A DNA stretch of 64,000 nt, from NCBI GenBank assembly GCA_038244685.1, contig JBBRTD010000001.1, positions 2,339 through 66,338 of the forward strand, read 5' to 3'. The notes beneath the pieces were generated by a model, which saw only the letters and a list, made by a program, of their open reading frames with translations, had not been told where the DNA came from and did no database searches. Positions 26,471 through 37,318 of this stretch are shown here, one piece after another (position 1 is the stretch's first letter; the number at the start of each line of letters is the position of its first letter). The DNA is from Minisyncoccia bacterium. Its GTDB lineage: Bacteria; Patescibacteriota; Minisyncoccia; Phycocordibacterales; UBA9973. The translations under genes and the position numbers were made by a program.

Positions 26471-27733
26471 TTATGAAATAATATCTTTACCTAAATACTT
26501 CTGCAAAACTTCTGGAACTTTTATTGTCCCATCAGCTTGCTGGAAATTTTCTACCATTGAAACTAAGATGCGAGGAGTTGGAATTGCCGTACAATTTAAA
26601 GAGTGAGCGTAGTTCATTTTTCCATTCTCGTCTCTGTAACGAATATTTAATCGTCGAGTCTGGAAATCATGGAAATATGAAGCAGAAGATATCTCTCTAT
26701 ATTTACTCTCTTTTGGAACCCACAACTCTACATCATATTTCTTAACCTGCCCCATACCTAAATCTCCGCCACAATTAACAACAGTATGATAAGGAATATT
26801 TAATGACTCTATGAATTCTTCGGTGTTACGATTTATTTCTTCATGGAGAGCAACACTCTCCGCATGAGATGCAGCACAAAGAACCACTTGCTCTAATTTG
26901 TAAAATTCATGCACGCGGATTAAACCCTTAACATCTTTGGAATGACTTCCCGCCTCCCGTCTATAGCAAGGAGAAAAGCCTAAATACTTTTTAGGTAGTT
27001 CGTCTTTATTTAAAATTTCATCAGCATGATATCCCATAATTGGAACTTCGGCAGTTCCAGCTAAAAAGTCTCCATCTTGAGTTTTATATAAATCATCTTC
27101 ACCTTGAGGTAAATAACCTGTACCAAAAAAAGTTTTTCGATTAACTACTATTGGAGGAATAACAGGAATAAAACCTTTTTGTGAGAAAAAATCCATAGCA
27201 TAATTCCAAATTGCCATTGAAAGACGAACTCCATCTCCAGTCAAGAAATATCCTCTAAATCCATGAACCTTCACTCCTCTTTCAAAATCAACCATTTTTA
27301 GATTGGTCATTAATTCTATGTGATCTTTCGCCTCAAAATCGAAAGCTGGCTTTTCTCCCCATGTCTTTATTTCTTGATTATCATCATCACTTTCTCCTTC
27401 TGGAACTGAAATATCTGGGACATTTGGAACTGTAAGCATTAAGCCTTGCCACTCTGTCATAATTGCTCTTAATTCTTCTTCATTCTTTGTTAAATCTTCT
27501 TTGACCATTTTCATTTCTCCTATCATTTGACCTCGAATAGCCATATCTTTCTCTGTCGCAATAGAGTTATTCATTTTATTCTGCTCACCTCGCAAGAATT
27601 CTACACGAGAAAGGAGCTCTAGCCGCTTCTCATCAGTAGAAAGGAGTTTATCAACATCTACTTCAATATGCTTTTTCTTTGCCCCTTCTTTAATTACATC
27701 CTTATTCTCACGTATAAATTTAATGTCTAACAT
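26471..27733 (-). CDS. serS: Serine--tRNA ligase
   Basis: MLDIKFIREN start at 27733; GTAEVP, CYRREAGS, GLIRVHEF, EISSAS, HSLN. Confidence 0.97.
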   Translation of the reverse strand: MLDIKFIRENKDVIKEGAKKKHIEVDVDKLLSTDEKRLELLSRVEFLRGEQNKMNNSIATEKDMAIRGQMIGEMKMVKEDLTKNEEELRAIMTEWQGLMLTVPNVPDISVPEGESDDDNQEIKTWGEKPAFDFEAKDHIELMTNLKMVDFERGVKVHGFRGYFLTGDGVRLSMAIWNYAMDFFSQKGFIPVIPPIVVNRKTFFGTGYLPQGEDDLYKTQDGDFLAGTAEVPIMGYHADEILNKDELPKKYLGFSPCYRREAGSHSKDVKGLIRVHEFYKLEQVVLCAASHAESVALHEEINRNTEEFIESLNIPYHTVVNCGGDLGMGQVKKYDVELWVPKESKYREISSASYFHDFQTRRLNIRYRDENGKMNYAHSLNCTAIPTPRILVSMVENFQQADGTIKVPEVLQKYLGKDIIS

Positions 27734-27789
27734 AATATAGATAGTATATAAAAAAATGATATAATACACAAATAGAATAATTAGATTAC

Positions 27790-27909
27790 GAAAGATTCAA
27801 AAATAGCTCTTATCGTCGGGTCCGGATAATTTCTTGCTAGAAATTTCCTCGCTGCTCGGCCTTGCGGCCTTGCGCACGCCCCGACAACAAGACTATTTTT
27901 AAATCCTTC
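27790..27909 (-). other. Structured intergenic element (about 30-bp stem closing two hairpins); candidate ncRNA or MITE-like repeat
   Basis: Arms at 27790-27820 and 27880-27909; inner GGCC-GCAA-GGCC and GGAAATTTCT-AGCA-AGAAATTATCC on the minus strand. Confidence 0.6.
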
Positions 27910-27922
27910 TAGGAAAAATCTG

Positions 27923-28786
27923 ATGGAAGATGTATACAAATTAAAATTTGAACAATTTCCGAAACCTCTACTTGAAATTCCCCAACCTCCTAAAACTCTT
28001 TATATAAGAGGTAAACTTCCAGACTCAAATTTAATTTATTTAGCAGTTGTTGGTTCACGTAAATATACTTCTTACGGAAAAGATATTTGTGAAAAATTAA
28101 TCAAGGGATTGAAAGGTTATCCTATTGTCATCGTCTCTGGATTAGCCCTTGGTATTGATAGCATTGCGCATCGAGCCGCTCTTGATAATGGACTCATTAC
28201 AATTTCATTCCCTGGGTCTGGTCTTGATAATAATGTTCTTCATCCTCATACAAATATTCGACTTGCTCAAGAAATAATAGACAAGGGAGGATGTTTAATT
28301 TCTGAGCTTGATCCTTCATGGAAAGCTACCCTTTATTCTTTTCCTCAAAGGAATAGATTGATGGCCGGAATTTCTAAGGCAGTACTAATAATAGAAGCCG
28401 AAGAAAAATCAGGAACACTCATAACTGCTCGAATGGCTCTCGACTATAATCGAGACGTACTTGCAGTTCCAGGGTCAGCCTTCTCTTCAAACTCTAATGG
28501 AACAAATTCTCTAATCAAACAAGGGGCTACTCCGATAACTAAAAGCGAGGATATACTTGAGGCTCTTGGTTTCGAAATTAAAAAGTTAACACAAACAGAT
28601 AAAGAAAAATATGCAGACTGTGGTAAAGATGAAATGAAAATAATAGAACTTCTTCGTGAACCAATGGAAAGAAATGATCTTATTCGTGAGCTTGGAATGA
28701 ACATTGGGACGGCCAATGCACTCCTTTCGATTATGGAGATTAAAGAATTAATAAAAGAAGAATTAGGAGAAATAAGGAAAGTATAA
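27923..28786 (+). CDS. dprA: DNA-processing protein DprA
   Basis: AVVGSR, VSGLALGIDS.AH, FPQRNRLMAG, SGTLITA, VPG. Confidence 0.95.
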   Translation: MEDVYKLKFEQFPKPLLEIPQPPKTLYIRGKLPDSNLIYLAVVGSRKYTSYGKDICEKLIKGLKGYPIVIVSGLALGIDSIAHRAALDNGLITISFPGSGLDNNVLHPHTNIRLAQEIIDKGGCLISELDPSWKATLYSFPQRNRLMAGISKAVLIIEAEEKSGTLITARMALDYNRDVLAVPGSAFSSNSNGTNSLIKQGATPITKSEDILEALGFEIKKLTQTDKEKYADCGKDEMKIIELLREPMERNDLIRELGMNIGTANALLSIMEIKELIKEELGEIRKV

Positions 28787-28850
28787 ATAATTTATTTATT
28801 TTTAATTATTTGCTAAAAAATATGTTTTCATGTAATACTTAGGAACATAT

Positions 28851-31070
28851 ATGAAATTACTTATCGTTGAATCCCCCTCAAAAGCCAAAACTATCGAGAA
28901 ATATCTTGATGGAGCTTATACTGTTCGTGCTTCAGTTGGACATATAAGAGACCTACCAAAATCGAATAAAGATGCTATTGATATACCAGCTGGATTTGTT
29001 CCACGATATGAAATTTCAAAAGGAAAAGAAAAAGTCGTAAATGAACTAACTGTCTTGGGAGAAAAAGCTACAGAGATAATGCTCGCAACTGACCCGGACC
29101 GAGAAGGAGAAGCAATCTCATGGCACTTAAAAGAATTACTGGATGAAGATAAAAAAATTAAGGCTCCAATCAAAAGAGTTACCTTTAATGAAATAACCAA
29201 AGAAGCAGTAGAAGTTGCATTACAAAATCCTCGTGATATCGATCAAGATTTAGTCAAAGCTCAAGAAGCAAGAAGAGTCTTAGACAGGCTTGTTGGTTAC
29301 GATTTATCTGGAATAATCTGGAAAAAAGTTCGCTATGGTCTTTCGGCTGGACGTGTTCAATCCCCAGCTCTCCGAATTATCATGGAAAGAGAAAGAGAAA
29401 TTAGAGCTTTTATTCCAGAACAATTTTGGGTACTAGAAGGACTTTTCCAAACAAATAAAAAAACTAAAATAACCTTATCTTGTGTTGAAGAACCACGAGA
29501 TAAAAAACTTGTCGACAAAATCCTTGAATTAGGAAATAAAGAAAATTGGTTTGTAAAAGATTTAAAAACAAGTGAGCAGAAAAGACAACCAAGAGCTCCA
29601 TTTACAACTTCAACACTTCAACAGGTAGCTAGTACACGTCTTGGATTCTCTCCTTCACGAACAATGCAAGTAGCACAGAAGCTCTACGAGAGCGGCTTTA
29701 TTACTTATATGCGTACTGATAGTACAAACATAAGTATAGTAGCCCAAAACCAAATTCTTGCATTAGTCGAGAAAAAATACGGAAAAGAATATGCTGAAAA
29801 ACATATATACAAAACAAAATCAAAAAATGCTCAAGAGGCTCACGAAGCAATTCGTCCAACCCATGTTGAACAAATAAAGGCAGGCATCAATGAAGAGCAA
29901 AATAAACTTTATCAATTAATTTGGGAAAGAGTCGTGTCTTCACAAATGTCTGATGCTAAATTATTAAAAACCAAAATTGTTGCAAACATAAAAGAAGGTG
30001 TTATTCCTGATTTTACAGCTAATGGATCCAGAGTCTTATTCCCTGGATGGCTATTATGTGAGACAGGAGCTCGAGGTGAAGATGTAGAACTTCCAGAAGT
30101 TACTATTGGGGAAAAGCTTGATCTTATAGAATTAAATAGTACAGAGAAATTCACCGAACCACCAAATAGATATACAGAAGCGGGTCTTGTTAAAGAGCTT
30201 GAATCTCGCGATATAGGAAGACCTTCCACTTATGCGTCTATTATGAAAACCATTGAAGATCGCGGTTACGTTCGAAAAGAAGGAAAAACATTGTTTCCTA
30301 CTGATACCGGAGATGTCGTTTCATCTTTTTTAGAAAATAATTTTGCTGAATATATAAGTGATACTTTCACAGCTGAGATGGAAGATAAGCTTGATGATAT
30401 TTCAAATGGAAAAAGAGACTATATAAAAACATTAAAAGATTTTTATATTCCATTTCAAAAAGATGTCAAAGAAAAAGATAAATTAGCGAAAGCTACAAAT
30501 ATGGGAGAAGCCCCAAGCGATATTCTTTGCCCTGTCTGTAAAGGTAATATGATTGTAAAACTTTCCCGTGGAGGTAAATTCTATTCATGTAGTCTTTATC
30601 CTGATTGCGTAGGAGCTCGAACTATTGAAGGAAATGTTTTAGAAGGACCAAAAGAAACAGGAGAAATGTGTCCGACTTGTGGAGAGAAAAAAGGTAAAAA
30701 TGGTGGAGGAAAACTTGTTGTTCGAGAAGGAAGATTTGGAAGTTTTATCTCTTGCTCTAGATACCCTAAATGTAAATTTATTAAACAAGACGAAGAAGAA
30801 ATGAAAAAGAAGATGACAGACATTACTTGTCCTGTCTGCAAAAAAGGTAAAATGATGGAAAGGCGTGGACGCTTTGGTGTATTCTATTCTTGTAGTGATT
30901 ATCCTGATTGTAAAAATGCCATCAAGGCAAAACCAACAGGAAATATCTGTCCACTATGTGAATCCCTAATGATGGAAGGAACAAAAACTATCCCTGAGCG
31001 ATGTAGTAATAAAATGTGCAAAAATCACAACCCTCATAAGAATGGTGATGACATTAAACTAAAGATTTAA
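28851..31070 (+). CDS. topA: DNA topoisomerase I with C-terminal Zn ribbons
   Basis: IVESPSKAKTI, ATDPDREGE, SAGRVQS, ITYMRTDS, C4 ribbons. Confidence 0.98.
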   Translation: MKLLIVESPSKAKTIEKYLDGAYTVRASVGHIRDLPKSNKDAIDIPAGFVPRYEISKGKEKVVNELTVLGEKATEIMLATDPDREGEAISWHLKELLDEDKKIKAPIKRVTFNEITKEAVEVALQNPRDIDQDLVKAQEARRVLDRLVGYDLSGIIWKKVRYGLSAGRVQSPALRIIMEREREIRAFIPEQFWVLEGLFQTNKKTKITLSCVEEPRDKKLVDKILELGNKENWFVKDLKTSEQKRQPRAPFTTSTLQQVASTRLGFSPSRTMQVAQKLYESGFITYMRTDSTNISIVAQNQILALVEKKYGKEYAEKHIYKTKSKNAQEAHEAIRPTHVEQIKAGINEEQNKLYQLIWERVVSSQMSDAKLLKTKIVANIKEGVIPDFTANGSRVLFPGWLLCETGARGEDVELPEVTIGEKLDLIELNSTEKFTEPPNRYTEAGLVKELESRDIGRPSTYASIMKTIEDRGYVRKEGKTLFPTDTGDVVSSFLENNFAEYISDTFTAEMEDKLDDISNGKRDYIKTLKDFYIPFQKDVKEKDKLAKATNMGEAPSDILCPVCKGNMIVKLSRGGKFYSCSLYPDCVGARTIEGNVLEGPKETGEMCPTCGEKKGKNGGGKLVVREGRFGSFISCSRYPKCKFIKQDEEEMKKKMTDITCPVCKKGKMMERRGRFGVFYSCSDYPDCKNAIKAKPTGNICPLCESLMMEGTKTIPERCSNKMCKNHNPHKNGDDIKLKI

Positions 31071-31090
31071 AAGGCAAAATATGATAATGA

Positions 31091-31120
31091 TAAAAACTAG
31101 CTAAAAAAAGCTAGTTTTTA
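31091..31120 (+). terminator. Terminator-like hairpin after topA
   Basis: taaaaactagct-aaaaaa-agctagttttta. Confidence 0.55.
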
Positions 31121-31132
31121 TATAATATTTGC

Positions 31133-32599
31133 ATGACACCAAAGGCTGAAGAAATATTTTCACTAATACACAATCTAAGAAATGAGGACAAGGAGCTTAT
31201 CCAAAAAGCTTATAATTTTGCATTTATAGCTCACAAAAACCAACTCCGCAAAAGCGGTGAACCTTATTTTATTCATGTCTTTGCTACAGCATTAAATTTG
31301 GCAGATCTAGGAATGAGCCCGACTGTTATCTGTGCTGGTTTTTTGCATGATGTATTAGAGGATACAGATACAAAAGAAGAAGATCTAGAAAAAGAGTTCG
31401 GTGGTGAAATTGTATCTCTCGTTAAGGGCGTTACAAAATTGGGAACGGTCAAATATAAAGGCATAGAACGTAATGTAGAAAATTTAAGAAAATTTTTCGT
31501 TTCAGTCGCAGAAGATTTAAGAGTCCTTGTAATTAAACTTGCGGATAGACTTCACAACATAGAAACATTAGAGCATGTAAGACCTGATAAACAAAAACGG
31601 ATTGCACTTGAAACTCTTGAAGTCTACGCTCCCCTAGCCAACCGTTTATCTATGGGTAGATTAAAGGGACGATTAGAAGATGCCGCTTTTAAATTTGCTT
31701 TTCCTAAGGAATATGAAGATGTTCGTAAGCTTTTAATAGACAGAAAGGACGCAAAAGAAAAATATTTAATTGAAGTGAGAGATGGTTTAAAAAAAGAACT
31801 GGAAGCAGCTGGAATTAAAAATACTCAAATAAATTACAGACAAAAACATCTATATTCTCTATGGAAGAAACTCCAAAAATACAGTATGGATATAGGAAAA
31901 ATATATGATATTATTGCTCTTCGAGTAATTGTCGACTCTGTTGCTGATTGCTATCACGTGCTTGGGCTCATACATGGAAAATGGACTCCTCTCCCTAATC
32001 GTATTAAGGACTATATTGCTATACCTAAATCAAACGGATACCAAAGTCTTCATACAACAATTTTTACTGGTACTGGTGGAATTGTAGAAATACAAATAAG
32101 AACTCATGAAATGCATGAAAAAGCCGAGAACGGTATTGCGGCTCACTTTATATACAAAGAGAAAAGTAATCCCTTAGAAATAAAACAATTTGAATGGGTC
32201 AACCAACTTCATGAATTAAACAAAGAAAAAGACAAAGAGAAACCAGAAAAATTTCTAGAAAAAGTTAAAATGAATTTTTTCAAAGATAGAGTTTTTGTCT
32301 TTACTCCAAAGGGTGATATTATCGATTTACCAGAAGATTCATGTGTCATTGATTTTGCTTATTGTATACATACCGATGTTGGTAATCATGCCCAGAGCGC
32401 TAAAATAAATGGCAAAAACTGTGCCCTTCACACCAAATTAAAAACAAACGACATAGTTGAAATACAAGTGAATAAAAATACTAATCCTTCTTCCAAATGG
32501 TTAGATCATGCAAAAACAAGTTTAGCGAGAAGAGAAATAAATGCTTACTTAAAAGACAATAGTCTGCTTTCTAAATTTTTATCTTTCGGAAAAAATTAA
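31133..32599 (+). CDS. rel: RelA/SpoT family (p)ppGpp synthetase/hydrolase (HD-SYNTH-TGS; no ZFD/ACT)
   Basis: RKSGEPY, LHDVLED, KLADRLHN, DIIALR, NGYQSLHT, EIQIRT, FTPKGD. Confidence 0.93.
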   Translation: MTPKAEEIFSLIHNLRNEDKELIQKAYNFAFIAHKNQLRKSGEPYFIHVFATALNLADLGMSPTVICAGFLHDVLEDTDTKEEDLEKEFGGEIVSLVKGVTKLGTVKYKGIERNVENLRKFFVSVAEDLRVLVIKLADRLHNIETLEHVRPDKQKRIALETLEVYAPLANRLSMGRLKGRLEDAAFKFAFPKEYEDVRKLLIDRKDAKEKYLIEVRDGLKKELEAAGIKNTQINYRQKHLYSLWKKLQKYSMDIGKIYDIIALRVIVDSVADCYHVLGLIHGKWTPLPNRIKDYIAIPKSNGYQSLHTTIFTGTGGIVEIQIRTHEMHEKAENGIAAHFIYKEKSNPLEIKQFEWVNQLHELNKEKDKEKPEKFLEKVKMNFFKDRVFVFTPKGDIIDLPEDSCVIDFAYCIHTDVGNHAQSAKINGKNCALHTKLKTNDIVEIQVNKNTNPSSKWLDHAKTSLARREINAYLKDNSLLSKFLSFGKN

Positions 32600-32603
32600 A
32601 CAA

Positions 32604-32652
32604 AAAAAACAGATGTTGTACGTCTACGTAAGACGTACAACATCTGTTTTTT
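32604..32652. terminator. Bidirectional terminator / REP-like doublet between rel and parB
   Basis: Perfect 22-bp stem aaaaaacagatgttgtacgtct-acgta-agacgtacaacatctgtttttt. Confidence 0.8.
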
Positions 32653-32660
32653 GTATATTC

Positions 32661-33734
32661 TTAGACTGAAAAATTACTTATATTATAGAGGTCTACGTCT
32701 TCTTCTGATTTCTTTATCTCTTCATTGGTACGATCATCCATAAGATGAATATCATCATCGACTAGAGGTAAATTAGCGGCAGCTAAATCTGTTACTTCTA
32801 TATTAGAAGGCAAATCTGCCATAACTAAAGTTTGAACTTCGCCAACCCTAGACTCTGATTCTTTTTGAGAAATAAATTTCTCAAGCATTGAATTTGGATT
32901 ACCACCTTCATTTTTAGATTTTATAATATCTAAAATTGTTCTTAAATCATCATTCGTAAAGAAATCTATTGTAATATAACCACCGTTTTCTTTTTTCTCA
33001 ATATGAACACGAGTACCGAGTGTTTCTTGTAATTTACCTTCTATTTCACTTATCTCTGGATCTTGAATATATTCCTTTTTTCTTACTTTATCGAATGCAA
33101 TTTTACGAGCAATTTTTTCAGCATCTCTAACTGTTAATTTCTTCCACATTATTTCCTTAAACAAAACAGATTGTTCTTCTGGTCTATCTGAAAGCATTAG
33201 AATAGGACGAGTATGACCCTCACTTATTTTACCAGCTGATAATGCATCTAAAATTTCTTGAGGCAAAGCCAATAAACGTAAGGTGTTCGAAACATATTCA
33301 CGACTCTTGCCCATCTTTACTCCTATCTGAGTATGAGTAAATTTAAACTCTTCAACAAGTCGGAAAAAAGCTCGAGCACGTTCGACTGCATTTAAATCTT
33401 CACGTTGTAAATTTTCAATAATAGAAAGCTCAAGCTTGGCCATATTATCATCGCCAACACGAATAATCGCTGGAACCTGAGTAAGTCCTGCTAATTTTGA
33501 AGCTCTTAATCTACGCTCTCCGGCAATGAGCTCGTATTCTACTTCTATCCCTTCATCTTCCTTTACTATCTCTATTCTAGAAACAGTAAGTGGCTGTAAA
33601 ATACCATACTGACGAATTGAATCTGCTAAATCTCGTAACCGGGCTTCGTCGAATTCACGACGAGGCTGAAAAGGATTTGGCTTAACCTTTTCTATATCTA
33701 TCCAAAAAATTGAATTACTATAAAGCTGTGACAT
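32661..33734 (-). CDS. parB: ParB/Spo0J partition protein with acidic C-terminal tail
   Basis: PNPFQPRR.F, GILQP, IAGERRLRA, IENLQREDL, HTH. Confidence 0.95.
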   Translation of the reverse strand: MSQLYSNSIFWIDIEKVKPNPFQPRREFDEARLRDLADSIRQYGILQPLTVSRIEIVKEDEGIEVEYELIAGERRLRASKLAGLTQVPAIIRVGDDNMAKLELSIIENLQREDLNAVERARAFFRLVEEFKFTHTQIGVKMGKSREYVSNTLRLLALPQEILDALSAGKISEGHTRPILMLSDRPEEQSVLFKEIMWKKLTVRDAEKIARKIAFDKVRKKEYIQDPEISEIEGKLQETLGTRVHIEKKENGGYITIDFFTNDDLRTILDIIKSKNEGGNPNSMLEKFISQKESESRVGEVQTLVMADLPSNIEVTDLAAANLPLVDDDIHLMDDRTNEEIKKSEEDVDLYNISNFSV

Positions 33735-33835
33735 GGGTACATTTTATCACAAAATTCCAATCTTGAAAAATTTAAATAATCATGTATACTTGTGAAGTAG
33801 CTTTGGATTAAAACCCTTGGCTTTAAGGATAATAT

Positions 33836-33918
33836 GCGTCGGTGGTAGAGCGGTCAATTACAACAGACTGTAAATCTGTCGCCTTCGGGCTACGTAGGTT
33901 CAAATCCTACCCGACGCA
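33836..33918 (+). tRNA. tRNA-Tyr(GTA)
   Basis: GCGTCGG..ACAGA-CTGTAAA-TCTGT, long variable arm GCCTTCGGGC, GTAGG-TTCAAAT-CCTAC, CCGACGC-A; CCA not encoded. Confidence 0.96.
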
Positions 33919-33921
33919 CAA

Positions 33922-33959
33922 TAAAAAAATCCCCAAGCTTATGCTTGGGGATTTTTTTA
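33922..33959. terminator. Bidirectional terminator, tRNA-Tyr/clpB
   Basis: taaaaaaatccccaagc-ttat-gcttggggattttttta. Confidence 0.85.
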
Positions 33960-36650
33960 CTTCGTATTTATTTTACCTATTAACTTAATATTTGAAACTA
34001 CTTTTTTCTTTTTCATTTCAATTACAAGTTCCTTACCCTTAACTATTACACTTACAATATCTCCCTTCTTTACCCCTTTACCTATAATAAAATTAGCAAT
34101 TGGATTTAATATCTTATCTTGAATAAGTCTTCCAAGTGGTCTTGCTCCATAATGAGGGTTATAACCTTCCTTGGCCAAGTAATTAAGTGCATCTGCTGAA
34201 ATCTCAAAACCAATTTCTTTCGCTGTTAGTCTTTCGCGAACAATATTTATCTTAAGATCAACAATATGCCTAATCGCATCGATAGATAAGATATCAAAAA
34301 CAATTGTATCGTCGAGTCTATTTAAAAATTCAGGACGGAAATAATCTTTTAGTGATTCTAGTACTTTTTCTTTGGTATGAGTATACTCATCTTTCTTAGA
34401 ATTATTTGTAAAGCCTAATGTCTCCATCTTTTCTATAAACTGTGAACCAATATTTGAAGTTAGAATAATTATTGTATTTTTAAAGTTTACAACTCGTCCC
34501 TTTGCGTCAGTTAAACGTCCTTCATCTAAAACCTGAAGAAGAACATTGAAAACTTCAGGGTGAGCTTTTTCTATCTCATCAAACAAGATTACAGAGTAAG
34601 GTCTATGACGAACAGATTCAGTAAGATTCCCCGACTCCTCATATCCAACATAGCCAGGTGGTGAACCGATAAGCTTAGAGACACTATGTCGCTCCATATA
34701 CTCACTCATATCAACTCTTATAAGAGACTTGTCATCATTAAACATAAATTGAGCAAGCGCCTTTGTAAGCTCTGTTTTTCCAACTCCAGTGGGTCCTAAG
34801 AAAATAAAAGAACCAATTGGTTTATCAGGATCTGAAATTCCAGCTCTATTCCTTCTTACGACATTTGCGATTTTGCTTATGGCGACATCTTGCCCAATAA
34901 CCCGCTTTCGAAGTATCTCTTCCATTTTTGATAACTTTTCTCTTTCTTCCTCAAGCATTTTAGATAAAGGAATACTAGTCCACATGGATACAACTTCAGC
35001 TATATCTTCAGCAGTAATTTCTTCTTTCAAAATTCTACGAGATTTCTGTAATTTTTTAAGTCTCAAAAGTTTTGTATCTAATTTCTTTTTTAGGTCAGGA
35101 ATTTCTCCATAACGTATTTCTGCTGCACGAGAAAGATCAACTCGCATTTCAGCATTCTCTCCTTCAAGGCGGAGAGTCTCTAATTCCTTTTTTATATTAC
35201 GAATCTCTGCTACAGTTTCTTTCTCATTCTTCCATTTAAGCTCTATTTCATGTGTCTTCTCTTTTAGATTACTAATTTCTTTATCAATATCTTTAACTCG
35301 AGCTTGAGCATTTTTATTTGTTGATGATTTACTTGAATCTCTATTTATTTCCTTAAGTAGAGCTTCTCTTTCTATTTCAAAACGCATAATCTTTCTGTGC
35401 GCATCTTCTAAAACTGGCGGCTTATTCTCTAAGGATATACGAAGAGATGATGAAGCTTCATCAATAAGATCAACAGCCTTATCAGGTAAATATCTGTTTG
35501 TAATATATCTAGTACTTAAATTTACGGCAGCGATAATAGCATCATCTGTAATACGAACACCATGGAAAAGTTCATACTTTTCTTTTAGACCACGAAGAAT
35601 CGCAATCGTATCATCAATACTTGGTTCATCTATAAATATAGGCTGAAATCGACGAGCAAGTGCTGGGTCTTTTTCTATATGTTTTTGATATTCTTTTAAG
35701 GTTGTTGCACCAATTGCACGAAGTTCCCCACGAGCTAAAGCTGGCTTTAACATATTCGAAGCATCGAGTGATCCTTCAGACGATCCTGCCCCTACTATAG
35801 TATGAATCTCGTCTATAAATAAAATAATTTTATCATCTGATTTTTCTATCTCTTTCAACATACCACGAAGTCTTTCTTCAAATTCTCCTCGATATTTTGT
35901 TCCAGCTAAGAGTAATCCTAAATCAAGAGATACGACTTCTTTGTCTTTCAAACTTTCTGGTACATCATTTTTCGCAATTCTCTGGGCTAAGGCTTCAGCA
36001 ACCGCAGTTTTACCAGTACCAGCTTCACCTATTAAAATAGGATTATTCTTTGTACGCCTGGAAAGAATCTGCATCATACGCATGATTTCTTTTTCTCTGC
36101 CAATTACAGGGTCAAGCTTATCTTGTCTGGCAAGCGAAGTAAGATTCCTTGTAAATTTATTTATAAGTTTTGATTGCTTGGGTGTATTCATTTCCGTCCC
36201 CTTCTCTTTTCTTAATTGATTTAGGACTTCAATAACTTGATCTTTGGTAATTTTAAATTTACTCAAAAGCTCTCTTGTTTCTCCTGGTGTTTCTAAAAGC
36301 GAAACAAATAAATGTTCTGTTGAAACAAAATCATCCTTTATGTCAGCCGCAATTTTACTTGAATTCTCAATTGCCAAAGCAAGATCTGGAGTCAAATATA
36401 TCTGATATGACGGAGATAGAGTATTTCTATTTTCTGGTGATTCTATCATCTCGCTTAAATTATCAACAAGAAGAGTAGTGTCTACTTCCATTTTGTCTAA
36501 GATAGAAATAACAACAGAATCTTCCTGAATAAGAAGAGCCGTAAGTAGATGAAGAGTATTCACATGATTCTGACCTCGCTCAATAGCAAGCTCATGACTT
36601 TTTCGAATGACCTCCTTGGCTTTAGTTGTAAAATGATTAAATGGGGGCAT
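33957..36650 (-). CDS. clpB: ATP-dependent chaperone ClpB
   Basis: Clp N domain, GEAGTGKT, long M-domain coiled coil, [22 protein letters not shown]. Confidence 0.93.
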   Translation of the reverse strand: MPPFNHFTTKAKEVIRKSHELAIERGQNHVNTLHLLTALLIQEDSVVISILDKMEVDTTLLVDNLSEMIESPENRNTLSPSYQIYLTPDLALAIENSSKIAADIKDDFVSTEHLFVSLLETPGETRELLSKFKITKDQVIEVLNQLRKEKGTEMNTPKQSKLINKFTRNLTSLARQDKLDPVIGREKEIMRMMQILSRRTKNNPILIGEAGTGKTAVAEALAQRIAKNDVPESLKDKEVVSLDLGLLLAGTKYRGEFEERLRGMLKEIEKSDDKIILFIDEIHTIVGAGSSEGSLDASNMLKPALARGELRAIGATTLKEYQKHIEKDPALARRFQPIFIDEPSIDDTIAILRGLKEKYELFHGVRITDDAIIAAVNLSTRYITNRYLPDKAVDLIDEASSSLRISLENKPPVLEDAHRKIMRFEIEREALLKEINRDSSKSSTNKNAQARVKDIDKEISNLKEKTHEIELKWKNEKETVAEIRNIKKELETLRLEGENAEMRVDLSRAAEIRYGEIPDLKKKLDTKLLRLKKLQKSRRILKEEITAEDIAEVVSMWTSIPLSKMLEEEREKLSKMEEILRKRVIGQDVAISKIANVVRRNRAGISDPDKPIGSFIFLGPTGVGKTELTKALAQFMFNDDKSLIRVDMSEYMERHSVSKLIGSPPGYVGYEESGNLTESVRHRPYSVILFDEIEKAHPEVFNVLLQVLDEGRLTDAKGRVVNFKNTIIILTSNIGSQFIEKMETLGFTNNSKKDEYTHTKEKVLESLKDYFRPEFLNRLDDTIVFDILSIDAIRHIVDLKINIVRERLTAKEIGFEISADALNYLAKEGYNPHYGARPLGRLIQDKILNPIANFIIGKGVKKGDIVSVIVKGKELVIEMKKKKVVSNIKLIGKINTK

Positions 36651-36697
36651 AAAAATATATTATTAATTAATAATTACAAATTAACAATTTAGGATAT

Positions 36698-37291
36698 TTA
36701 ATTACTTGTCTTGTTTGTATTTGTTGAAGTTGGAGGGACACTAACTACTGGTTTCTTTTCTGTAATTTTCAAAATAGTGAAACCATTATTAAACTTTTTA
36801 AGAATTGTTGCGTCAAAATCAGTTTTATTTAAAATAACCTTATAGACTAAACTGTCATTTAATACAGTTGTCTCTACTAGAATTAAACCAACATCAGAAA
36901 TAATAATACCCTGTCCAAGCTCTTTTGTTTCCGAAGAAGGACTGACACTATTGGCGACACTTGTTTGATTTGTAATTACAGAAGAGCTATTTGTATCAGT
37001 TGGTAAAACTTTTGCATCACTTGCATATATAGACACAACAACATCTCCACCTCCTAGTATAGAACCTTGTTCTTTTACATTAGTGGGAGCTATATTATCC
37101 TTAGCTGGAGTTTCAACTGTTGTTACTTTTTCAATTGTCCTTTGAATAACATTATTGATAGTTTGTGGAACAGTCTTAGGCATTTGATTCATCAAAGACA
37201 CAGTCACAATACCTGTAGCAATAGAAACTACAAAAGTAATGAGTAAGGTAAGTAATATAAGCTGTTTTTTGTCTAATTCTTTAATATCCAT
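36698..37291 (-). CDS. Membrane-anchored protein with degenerate trypsin/HtrA-like fragment
   Basis: TM, QTINNVIQRTIEKV, LGQGIIISDVGLILV (cf. GSGFIISxDGxILTN); no GNSGG. Start moved to 37291. Confidence 0.6.
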   Translation of the reverse strand: MDIKELDKKQLILLTLLITFVVSIATGIVTVSLMNQMPKTVPQTINNVIQRTIEKVTTVETPAKDNIAPTNVKEQGSILGGGDVVVSIYASDAKVLPTDTNSSSVITNQTSVANSVSPSSETKELGQGIIISDVGLILVETTVLNDSLVYKVILNKTDFDATILKKFNNGFTILKITEKKPVVSVPPTSTNTNKTSN

Positions 37292-37318
37292 GAGGCATAT
37301 TGTATCATATTTCAACCT

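Noticed and set aside
27845-27880. SRP RNA-like look of CAAGGCCGCAAGGCCGAGCAGC (minus strand)
   Set aside because: It resembles helix 8 (GNRA loop then AGCAG), but the symmetric CAGG/AGCA loop register does not fit and there is an extra branch; not called without an Infernal test.
27734-27909. T-box riboswitch upstream of serS
   Set aside because: No AAGGTGGTACC-like T-box motif or terminator/antiterminator pair, and serS has a TATACT box close to its start.
32613-32642. parS site next to parB (TGTTGTACGT...ACGTACAACA)
   Set aside because: Half-sites resemble TGTTTCAC but are separated rather than forming the contiguous 16-bp palindrome; better explained as the REP-like terminator.
36650-36700. 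CIRCE or CtsR operator upstream of clpB
   Set aside because: No TTAGCACTC-N9-GAGTGCTAA or CtsR heptad repeats are visible.
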